NCBI RefSeq assembly: GCF_006345805.1
Contig: NC_043001.1
Span: forward strand, 77,190,001 to 77,254,000
DNA: 64,000 nucleotides
Origin: Octopus sinensis
Taxonomy: Eukaryota
Reading direction: 5' to 3'
Positions 28,592-41,086 of the stretch are shown one piece after another; within the stretch, counting starts at the first letter, position 1, and the number at the start of each line of letters is the position of its first letter. The notes under the pieces were generated by a model. The model made no database searches. It worked only from the letters and a program-made list of their open reading frames with translations, and was not told the DNA's origin. Both the position numbers and the translations under genes were made by a program.

Positions 28592-29886
28592 TATATAGGG
28601 AGGCAAAAAAATTTTGTAGAATTCTTTTGCCCCAGCGGCCTAGTGGGAAAAATTAAATAGTCATAAACCATTTTTAAGTTCAATATCACAATCAAGGAAC
28701 GGCCATAATAGGCCATTCACCACTAGAAATAACAGCCAAAAAGCTTCAACCGCAAAATAACATTAATTCTGTAACCAGGAGAAAATAAAAAAACATTGTT
28801 TTTTAATTTCTCCTGGTTTACAGAATTAATGTATTTTGCGGTTGAAGCTTTTGGCTGTTATTTCTAGTGGGTGAATGGCCTATTATGGCCGTTCCTTGAT
28901 TGTGATATATATATATATATATATATATATTTTTCTTTTTTCTAAAAATCCCCTTGTAAACACAGTTATAGAGTGTGCATACCGATGTAAGCATTGGCAG
29001 AAATAAACCTTTAGTTCATAAAAGTAATATCTATCATTATATATAAGTTAAACATTAATTTTCTTCTTACATTTCACATTCACTAGATATATCTTTTTCC
29101 AAGACTATAGGGTTTTATTTAATTTACATATCATTATATACTTCTCATTTATTTGTTTTTTTTCTTTCCTTTACCACTTCCCTTTCTATAGGCTACCTTT
29201 GATGTTATAACCTCTAATGTTTTTTTTAAAACAAACTTAATAGCGTTCAGTTAATCACTATACATATCCATCATATTCTGTTAAAATGTCTTATTGACAA
29301 GTTTCATTTCTTCATTTCCCTGAAGAGAAGATTACATTGTTTTACACCATTTTATTCCTTTGAAATAATACCAGTGATATCTTCGAAACATGTGTCGGAA
29401 GTAAAAGAATTTGAATAACGCCTGCGTTTAACTCATTTTATTTATTTATACATGTATATGTATATATATGTATATTTATAATATATTTCTTTTGTTACAG
29501 GTATGGCTGGTTACCTTTGTCTTTTACAAAACCTATTACATCTGATTTGGGACCGCAGAAAATGAGGTACATACACCACCACCAAACTGTTTTCCTTTTA
29601 TTCCTTCCCATTCATCCTTTTTATGTCTTTTCATTTATTTCTTGGTTATTTGAGGTTTTCATTTGTAACTTTATCATGATTATTATTATTGTTGTTATTA
29701 CATATTATTGTTATTACATATAAGATGGCAACATGGCAGAATCCTTAGCATGCCAGGTAAAATGCTTAGTGGCATTTCATCTGTCTTTACATTCTAAGTT
29801 CAAATTCCTCTGAGGATTAATTGATTTAATCCCTCCTCCAAAATTTCAGGCTTTGTGCCTATAGTAGAAAGTATCGTTATTATTAT

Positions 29887-29926
<40 letters not shown>

Positions 29927-29952
29927 AATGTTGTTATTATTATAGTATAGTA

Positions 29953-29986
<34 letters not shown>

Positions 29987-31234
29987 CATAATTATTATTA
30001 TTAAGGTGGAGAGCTGGCAGAATTGTTAGCATGCAGAGCAAAATGCTTACCGGTATTTAGCCTGTTGCTATGTTCTGAATTCGAATTTGACTGAGTTTGA
30101 CTTTGCCTTTCATCCTTTTGGGGTCGATAAAATAAGTAGCAGTTGAACACTGGGGGATGCTGTAATCAATTCATCCCCACCTCCCCCAAGCTGCCTTTAT
30201 GGCAAAAATTTGAAATAATAATAATAATAATAATTATAATTATTTTCTCTCTGATTTTTCTATCCAATAATTTTAAAAAGAGAAAGGTATGTGTACTTAT
30301 GTTTTTGGCCTGTATAAGACAATTAATGAATGTGTGACAGAGATATACTCTGTTATTTCTGTGTATGTGAGTGTGTGTGTGTGTGTGTAGATAGATAGAG
30401 AAATGATAGAAAATGGAATGAATAAGTCTTTATTTAAAATCACTACAATTGTTTCAATGCATTTTTGCACACATAATACATTGGTGAATTGTAGTTTTAT
30501 CTTTATCATATATCAAAGGTGTAAATTGCACCTCCTCAGGCAGTTGTTTAAATAGGTCCTTTGCAACATCTTACACCCCGGGTGCATAGTAATGGTTGCA
30601 CAACATCTCACCAATGTAAAATGGATGTTGAAACAATTGTAGTGATTTTAACCCTTTCGTTACTGTATTTATTTTGAGATGCCCTGTGTTTCTTTCAATT
30701 ATCTTAAATATAACAAAGAATTTAGTAAAATAACTTAGTTATCATCTAGCTACTGTTAGGAACATAAATTGTGACTAAGGTTTGGTGGAAGATTATAATT
30801 CAAAACTTATGGAAACAAGATATTTGTACTCACATCCAGAGTCGGTTTCAGCCGGGTTGGTAACAAAAGGGTTAAATGAAGAGTGTTGTTCATTTGATTT
30901 TCTATCATTTATCTGTTTATATAAACTCTATGGATGCTATGATGTATAAATGTATGTCTAGTAGTAGGAGCATTTCCACTGTATGATAACATCAGATAGC
31001 CAATAACTGTGGATGGGCTTTGTATAGCATTCTCCAAGGTTTTTACTTAAATTCTATTTAATAGTACATATCATCATCATCATCATCATTCAGTGTTTTA
31101 AATGTGGGTTTTGTTCTCATTAACGGGGGTGGCCCGATCTACCGCAATGCCATAGCAACTGCCTTCACACCATCTCGCCTGGTTTTTGGGCATCCTCCTT
31201 TTTCTAACCAACCCTCCCACACACATATAATGTG

Positions 31235-31269
<35 letters not shown>

Positions 31270-31977
31270 CTGTGTACACACACCTTTTGGTGTGCCATCT
31301 GCATTATATAAATATATATATGTGTGTGTGTATATAGACACACATACACTCACTAACTACCATCATCACCACACCTGCCACTTCCACCACCATGATCCCT
31401 CTATAGCTGCTACTGGCACCTAACAACCACCACCACCACCTAATGCAAGCTTTTCTTCTGTTTTCCAGTTCCCTTGATGACCAACAGCTTTCCAATCGTG
31501 TAAAAAGTACAGGAGATTTATTAAACAGCCACGAGAGCCCTTTAAATGTGCCACACAGACGTTCTTCCATCACCAATAATAGCTTCAATGATGGCTCAAA
31601 TTCTTTGGTAGGTTTTTATTTTTCTCCTCCTACTACAACCATTCTTGATTTGTCTTTATATCTCTGTCTAAAACCTCCTTCCCACCTGTGTATGTGTGTG
31701 TTTGAGTGATGATGGTGGCCCTTCATTTGAGAAAGATGAGTGACTAGTGTAGTTGTTCAATTGATTGAACAATCTTCTGATTGAAGTAACATGTAAATGG
31801 CCGAGTATTCCATAGACAACATGTCCGCTTAAGGTAATTCTTAAGTGCAGGTGTAGCTGTGGGGTAAGAAGTTTATCTCCAAAACACACAGTTCTAGATT
31901 CTAGATTCTGCTATAGCCCTGGGTTGATCAAAGCCTTGTGAGTGGATTTGGACGATAGAAACTGAAAGAAGCCTATC

Positions 31978-32033
<56 letters not shown>

Positions 32034-32047
32034 TATATATATATATA

Positions 32048-32085
<38 letters not shown>

Positions 32086-32519
32086 CAATAAGAAAATGGA
32101 GGGGATCAATAGGTGGTTCATCAACTTTTAGATATTATGTAAACTTATTTATTTATTTACTAAGATGATAATTACAAAAATATACATACATGTATAACAT
32201 ATTATGCTTTACATATAAAATATATTGATATATAAGGATACCAGTAATTATTAAAATATAACATACAGGAATATAAATTGGGAAAATACCTTGCAGCTGT
32301 TTCAGCCAAGAGGCAAAAATACCTCATTCTACCTTTATTCCTCCAGTAGACTGAAGTAATAAGTAGGTGAAATTGAGGTACTTGGGTGTTTCTCTAGGCT
32401 TCATCAGAGATTTTATAAAGTACATAAGGTTAAGTTATAAATAAATATAAATATTAAATAAATAAATGCACACACATTTACATACTTATACATATGCATA
32501 TATATATAAATATACATAA

Positions 32520-32552
<33 letters not shown>

Positions 32553-34397
32553 CTTAAATGTACATACATATTTACATTTATAAGCATACACAATAATCAA
32601 TTATTATTAATAATATTAGATGCATTATATTATTCATATTAGATAAAATATAAACAGAGGTATTAGAAAGTTATAAGAAGAGTAATTTTGTAATCTATAA
32701 AATCAATATACCTTAACCCTTTCGTTACTATATTTCTGACCAAAATACACCCCTTATGTGTTTCAATTAATTTCTAACATAATCATAAATTTAGTCTGGT
32801 TTCATTAAACAACTATAACTTTTTTATTTATCAATATATTAACGTAAATTTTGGGAGATAATTTAATGTAATGTTCTCAACTAATTCTATACTATAATTT
32901 TTGTCACAAAGTGACTCTAATTGCAGGTAGATACAGGTAAATTCAACAAAATATAAAATTATTAAAATTTTGTTCAAACATCGCTATAGAAAATGGATTA
33001 TTAGCTAATATTCAATTGGGTATACAACAAAATTTTACGATAGAATTTGTTATTCTGGGTAAATTTCTGATACCCATAATAATATTTATGGCAAAATAGT
33101 CTTAATTTCATTTAAGGTTATGGGAAACCACTAACTATACTTTCTTTCGTTTTGTTTATGTTTAGCGTAACGGTTCGTTTCCGCCGTAATGATTTCAAAT
33201 AGGCTCATTCGAAAAAGTAAAAAGAAATAGTCTAAGGCTTTACTCTTCTGGGAAAGTCTGTGGCTTGGTCCAGTTTCTTCAGAAAAATCACCGAAAGAAA
33301 CAGTTTTTAAATTTTCACTCCATTCAAGTGCCAATTCATTTTCTTTATCGCTGTCGGAGCTCTCGGATTCACTGTTTTCACTTTCGGAAAATGAAACATC
33401 AGATTCATTATCAAATACCACATGCTTTTTTTTTTCAGTCATAGAGTTAGATTTAGGTCTTCGGTAGAAAATCCTTCGAATTCTGACTCGCTGCTTGATA
33501 TAATGAAATTCGTATCCATTTTTTGTCAGAATTACAAATTTTGAAAACACAATAGGAACAAATTTCGGAAAAAAATCTCCCAAAATTCACGGAATTAAAA
33601 TTACACTTCGATTTTTGTACAAAAGTGTAGTTGAACTCTTTATGAAGTATAATACGTATTTTCACGAATGTACTAAAGAGATTTGCTCTGATATTCTCAT
33701 TTAAATATGAATAGGTAAATTCGGGCGGTTTTGGGCGGTTTGGTCACATTAACCAAAATTTTTTTTGGGCGGTTTGGTAACGAAAGGGTTAAAGTTTTTT
33801 CAGTTATGTAAGAATGAAACGGCATACACACACGCACAAATATATATATACATATATATTTTTCTGCTCAAACATACTTATATGTACATACGTATTATAT
33901 GTGTTTATAAGGGAGGATCAGTGCATTAGTTTGTATCATTATAATTATAAATATAATTAAAACAATAATACGCAGACTTATTTATATTTACATATAAACG
34001 TGATATGTTTATTACTTTGTTATTTTAACTCTAAGTTAACTGTTTTTTTGCTGATCCTCTCAGCAAGCGAACTGTGCACTATATATATATAGTTCAACTA
34101 TATATATATATATATATAGTTAATCCAAACATGAAAACACAAAGAGAAAACACAACAACGCGAGGACATGGAACAAATATAGTATTATTGGAAGGAAGGG
34201 AAGAAGGAGGGTTTAACGTTTCGAGCGAAGCTCTTCGTCAGAAACATAGGAGAAGAAAAGATCCAGAGAAGGGAAGACAGAGGGAAAAAAATTGCCAACG
34301 GTACACATGCGGTCACATTATATATATATATATACATAGTTCACTGTACTCTTATAAATTTTATGATATATATATATATTTCATCATCCTAACACTA

Positions 34398-34429
<32 letters not shown>

Positions 34430-35297
34430 GCACATTACCTATTTATGTGTTGATCTAGGATACTTCAGCCAAGATGTACATGTTGCTTGAAATCTTTTAA
34501 CCATTCCTATTTGTTTTGTGACTAAATTGTAAATTCTTTTCTCTCATCACATTCAATACACAAAGCACTATTGATTTTGACTATTGGCATTTATGTACCT
34601 GATAAGGAGGCATGTTATGTTTATTTTATGATGTAATATACATATAACGTGATGAATTGTTTTTGGTTTTTGAACCGTATGTTGCACTGAGCTGTAACTG
34701 TCTTGTCTTTTTTTTATATGCATTCATTTATTACATACTGTGCCACACAAATTGCTATGGAATAATTTGGAGTTGTGCAGTACCTGTCATCTTATCAAAT
34801 TTATTCAGATAATTTTGAAATGGGATGAAGCAAATCTTACATATTGATTAATAAATTATATTGATTGAGTATTTTTCTTCTGCAAGTGTTCTGCATTAAC
34901 CATTTGTAGAGTGGCTGCTAACATGTTCACTATGATCCTTATAAACTGGTATATATCTATATATATATCTATCTATATATATATATAATATATATATATA
35001 TATAATATATTATATATATATATATATTGACAAGCAGCCAATGTGTATGTGTATATATATATATATTTCATCATCATCCTCATCATCATTTAATGTCTGT
35101 TCATGCTAGCATTGGTTGGATGGTTTGACCAGGACTGGCAAGCTGGTAGGCTGCACTAGAAACCATTCTGATTTGGAGTCTGGCGTTGCCTTCCAGCTTG
35201 CCAGCCCTGGTCAAACAACCAGACCCATGCCAGCATGTACAACAGATGTTAAATGATGATGATGATATATATATGTGTGTGCGTGTGTATGTGTGCG

Positions 35298-35338
<41 letters not shown>

Positions 35339-36030
35339 TGGCCACTTATCTATTGGTCAGTTAGCCGTAAGTCAAAATAGAGGATATTCTGAAAGAGGAT
35401 TCAAACAGTTATACTTTAACACTTTTATGATTTTGAGTAGTATTTTCCTGGTTATAGCACAATATAACTGGTCAAAAATTTACTATTGGTTTCACACCTT
35501 CTATTTCACCTGACAATACAGACGGCTCATCAGGCAGACCATCATGTGTTGTCTGCATTCCCAAGTGCAGTAGCAGGCATGAAACCGATGGTAACTTTCT
35601 GACTGATTATATTGTGCAATAACCAGGAATATACTAATCAACAATATATAAGCATGTGTGTATACACACACACACACACACACAAACATGAATCAATCTT
35701 CAGATCTTTCATTTTATCTCATGACTGCTAAATATCATTTGTGTGCCATGCTAAACATGCCTGTCCCCCTTCAGAAGGCCATCAAGGGATGGTTGCAACA
35801 GATCGGAGACACTAACTATGAAAGCGACAGAAGGTCTTCCAGTAACTACAACACAACGGTACTACTACAGCATCATCATCATCATCATCATCTTCATCAA
35901 CTCCATCCTCCAGATCAGGATTCTTTTCCACCTCCTCCACCACCTCTACCACCATCACCACCTTCTCAACATCATCCTCCGATCTACGACACTTTGCACT
36001 GTGCTGGTCTCCAGGTAACTTAATACAAGT

Positions 36031-36066
<36 letters not shown>

Positions 36067-36818
36067 TATGATTATTTTGGGGTTTGGAAAATTTTTTAAT
36101 GCTTCATATTTACTGCTATGGTTATTGGTGTAATCTGTTGTAAAACATGCTGGGTTGTAGCGCATATATATGCTATGCGGTTTTATGTGGTGTTCTATAC
36201 TGTAAGACTAATGCTGTGTAGTTAAATGCCACTCGCCTGTCTGTGTGACTAGGCCAAGTCAAGACAACTGAAGATGGAGACAGATGGTATGTTTAATGTC
36301 CAGACTCTAGATGAACTGGATTTACTTTATCTTACCCTATGCACACCACAATGCATTGTTGCAGCCACCTTCACCTTTATTGAATGATGAAGTTATCTTC
36401 TCCAGCTTCGGCAGGATCTGTTTAATCCAGTTAGATTTAAATACACACACATACACTGTGACAGAGTCATTAGCAGGCTGGACAAAATGCTGCTAAGCAT
36501 TTTGTCTGCTTTATGTCTCGAGGTCAATGTAATCAGTTCACCCTCTCCCCACCAAATTTCAGGCCATGTGCCTATAATATTAATTACATATCTTTGTTTT
36601 GAATTCAACATTTTCTGTGATGTGTATTGATGCACGGTGCACTACACTGTGCAGATGGTATGATTGCTTGGCTGCTTGGTTAGTTGCTTGCTTGGTTAAT
36701 TGGCTGGTTGATTGGTTTTGTTTCACATCTTCACCTCTGCTTGTTTCATATATGTTGGTTGTGGCTACATTACTCTTCTCATTGTTATATTTCTTGTTAT
36801 ACTTTATGTACACACACG

Positions 36819-36889
<71 letters not shown>

Positions 36890-38206
36890 ACATGCATGCA
36901 CACACACACATAGCAAACTGGCCAAATCATTAACCTGCCAGGCAGAATGCTTAGTGGTATTTCATCTGTCTTTATGCTCTGAGTTCTAAATTGCACTGAA
37001 GTCAACTTTGTTCTTCATCTTTTGTGGTAATCGACTTACCCTCTCCACCAAAATTGCTAACTTTGTACCAAAATTTGAAACCAATATATATATATATATA
37101 TGTGTGTGTGTATGTGTGGAGGCGCAATGGCCCAGTGGTTAGGGCAGCAGACTTGCAGTCGTAGGATCACGGTTTCGATTCCCAGACTGGACGTTGTGAG
37201 TGTTTATTGAGCAAAAACACCTAAAGCTCCACAAGGCTCTGGCAGGGCGTGGCGGCGATCCCTGCAGTACTCTTTTGTCGCAACTTTCTCTCACTCTTTC
37301 TTCTGTTGGCCTGCTCGCTTAGCCAGCGGGGTGGCGTCATTTGAAGGCTAAAACAGTGCGAAGAGCATTGTGACCAGCGATGTGTATCAACATCTGATAG
37401 CCTGGTCGGTCACGTGATATATATATATATATATGAATATATTTTGCTTAGACATAGTGATAGTAATAACCTGTTGTTAGAACTCAATATATATATATAT
37501 CCCTCTCTCTCTTTCGGAGAGGCACAAGCACCTACACGCACATATACACACACAGCAGTAACTTCCGCCTGCCGAATTCAATCACAAAGCTTCGGTCGGC
37601 TCGGGGCTATAGCAGAAGACACCTACCCAAAGTGCCACGCAGTGGGACTGAACCCGAAACCATGTAGCTAGGAGGCAAGCTCCCTAACCACACAGCCATG
37701 CCCGTGCCTATATATATATACTTCAAAATAAAGTATTAGTTAAGTAATGACAAAGAAACAGGTGATTCATTGCATAATTTTCTGTTCCTTTGTCAGTTAT
37801 TTAATTTCATATTATGCTCTGTATTTGACTAACACTTCATTCTGAAGCACATGAGTATACATATGTGTGTGTGTGTGTACTTAAGATTTCTGTCTTTCTT
37901 TTTTCCTTTCTTTCACCCAGGCTGTGTTTAAAAACACCAAACTATAAGAGATTATTATCCATGGATGCATGTCAAAGTAAATTTGCCCTTCACATTGTTT
38001 CTGCATTAAGAATAATGCAATTGACAATTGATGTTGTTGTGTTTATGTCCCCATAACTTACCAGTTTGGCAAAAGAGACTGATAGAATAAGTTCTAGGCT
38101 TACAAAGAATAAGTCCTGGGGTCAATTTGTTTGACTAAAGGCAGTATTCCAGCATGGTTGCAGTCAAATGACTGAAACAAGTAAAAGAATAAAAGCATAA
38201 AAGAAA

Positions 38207-38278
<72 letters not shown>

Positions 38279-38397
38279 ACACACAACCGAAAGAGCTACT
38301 AACAGTTTCATACTATTCTAATACTTAAACATGCATATTTAGAAAATTCACCGATATCTTAAAGTAATCTTTGAAGCCTCAGTTTATGCATTTTATG

Positions 38398-38429
<32 letters not shown>

Positions 38430-40594
38430 AATACAGGGTGTGATGGGTAAAGTGACGACATTTTACATTTTTTAGTTTTGTGCATGGACATAGTTTTTCA
38501 TGTTGTCAACTACACAGTATAGTAGGGTCAGTTGGGCATCATGATGCAATTCAGTCTATAAGAAATTTGGAAATGACATGCTGCACTGCTTGGCATTTGC
38601 ACTGGAAGCTCCAATACAAACAGATGGTGAACACTTGGAACAACCTTTGACTTGCTGTGTCGCCAAAACGTACCGAGAATGATAAATATCAGACATCCAG
38701 TCAACATCATAGTCTTTGGAGTGATCACTAGGGATGGCGATATTATGCCCCTATTGTTCCACGCAGAGATCTACGCAAAGTGCCTGCAGGAGGTAGTGTG
38801 TCCCTGTGTGAAGAAGGTGGCTGCTGGAAGACCCTATGTCAGGCAACAAGACTCTGCAACATGCCACACAAGAAGGAGAACCCAGTCATGGCTGTTAGAC
38901 AATTTCTGTGACCACATCACACCTAGCATCTGGTCACCTAACTCACCAGACTGCAACCCTTTGATTATTATATGTACGGCACCATTGAATGAGAGACAAA
39001 CAAAACTCCTTGTAACACCGAAGATGAACTGAAGGTAAGGATTATGGCAGCATTCATCAACTTAAAGAAGGAAACCACCCAGAAAAGTTGCAAGATATTC
39101 CGAAGTCATCTGAAAGCTGTGGCTGAAGCAGATGGCAATTTTATTGAATAAATTTACTCTATAGTATTTCAAGATATTTTAATGTAACTTTGGTAAATAT
39201 ATCTGTTGAAATGAGATGTCAGTGTTATTTTCATTTTTGCGTAATTTAAATGAGAATACATTCACTACACCCTCTGTGTGTGTGTGTGTGTGTGTGTGTG
39301 TACACACACATATGTAGTTATATGTATATTTTAAATATATATACACGCACACAGGTACATATGTGTATATATATATATATATATATTTAAATATTTAAGC
39401 ATATACATACATGCATCTATACACACATATATACCCCACAATAATTTTTTATTATGTAAAGTCATTTTTATTTTGTTAATTTCTCTCTTCCGTTTTTCCT
39501 TTTAATCCTTTTTTCCTGCTCCTCCCCATTTGTTTCGTTCCAATTTTTTTTTTCTGTTTTACCACCACGAGTTTTGCTTGTTTAACTTCATTTATTTTTC
39601 ATTTGACACTTTTTCTTCCTTTTACTTGTGTGGGTTTTTATCTATTTATCTAACAATATAATTAACACATACATGCATACATACGTACGTACGTACATCT
39701 GTTTTCTGAGCATCTGTGGTGTTTAGGGTTAGGGTTAGGCATCTGCTGCATCTGAAAGCTATCTTCCCAGTTGATCTTCCTTTGATGTTGCTGCACCTCT
39801 TATGTGTCCATAGCTTACACTGGGTACATCTTTTCTACAGATCGAGCAGGTCCACCTACCTGAAGGGGTATGTGATGTGTTCGCCTTCCTACTAACTAGA
39901 ACTTTGGTCTATGCAACATTGACTTTAAGGCCCTTCGATTCTAAGCTTTGCTTCCACACTTTTACCTGGAATTCTTCTCTAGTTCTGGAAGTGATTCTGC
40001 TGTGAGTGCCAGGTGATCAGCATAGAGGAGTTCCAAGGGGCAACCTGTCTTTAATTCCTCCGTTCCTGGAGGACTATGATGAATAAAAGGGGGCTGAGGG
40101 CTGATCCTTGGTGGACCCCTACTTCTACCTGGAATTCTTCACAATACTCATTTCCAATCCTAACCCTACTAACGGCAGGCCATTTTTAAAGGCCAAGAAT
40201 CAACTCATCACTTTCTATTGAAAGAACTGACCAGCTGCAAAGATGTAAACACATTTTTTTCTTTTTTCTCTCTTCTTTCTTTCCTTCTCTTTTCCATTGA
40301 CAGTCCTTTTAGATACACACACACAAATACACATACTCTCTCTCACTTTCTACCCATTCCTCACACTCTTTTACTATCCTATATCTCTCTCCACTCCTAC
40401 ACACTAAATAATACTATAAAAAGAGACGAATCCTATCAAACAAATTCAGATCTGGAGATTCTAGTAAAGTGGATGCAAGTGCTAATATATGATTTATAAA
40501 AACATGTGACATATTAATAAAAATCTATAAATGTAAAACCATCCAGATTTCTGAGTACCTCATTTCTTCTAATATATATGTAAATATATATGTA

Positions 40595-40660
<66 letters not shown>

Positions 40661-41044
40661 ATATATTGTATGTGTGTTTGTATATATTTGTATATGTGTT
40701 TGTGTGTATGTGTGTTTGTATATATTTGTATATGTGTTTGTGTATATGTGTGTATGTATATACATATATGTGTGTATGCGTGTGTGTATATATATATATA
40801 TAAATATGTGTGTGTCTATATATATATATGTATATATATATGCACATATATTTCAATATATATATATATATACGTGTGTGTGTGCATGTATATATATTTG
40901 TGTGTGTGTGTGTACATATATATATAGATATATATGTGTGTGCATGTGTATGAGTGTATATATATATGTTTGTGTATGTGTGCATATATATATATGTTTG
41001 TGTGTGTATGTATATATGCATGTGTATATATATATGTGTGTATT

Positions 41045-41086
<42 letters not shown>

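Noticed and set aside
34560-36300. Further CTGATAA and CTGAAGA motifs at about 34600 and 36265
   Set aside because: The GAAA strand or stems are too decayed to call.
39722-39738. TTAGGG telomere-like repeats
   Set aside because: Only 2-3 units, embedded in an RTE fragment.
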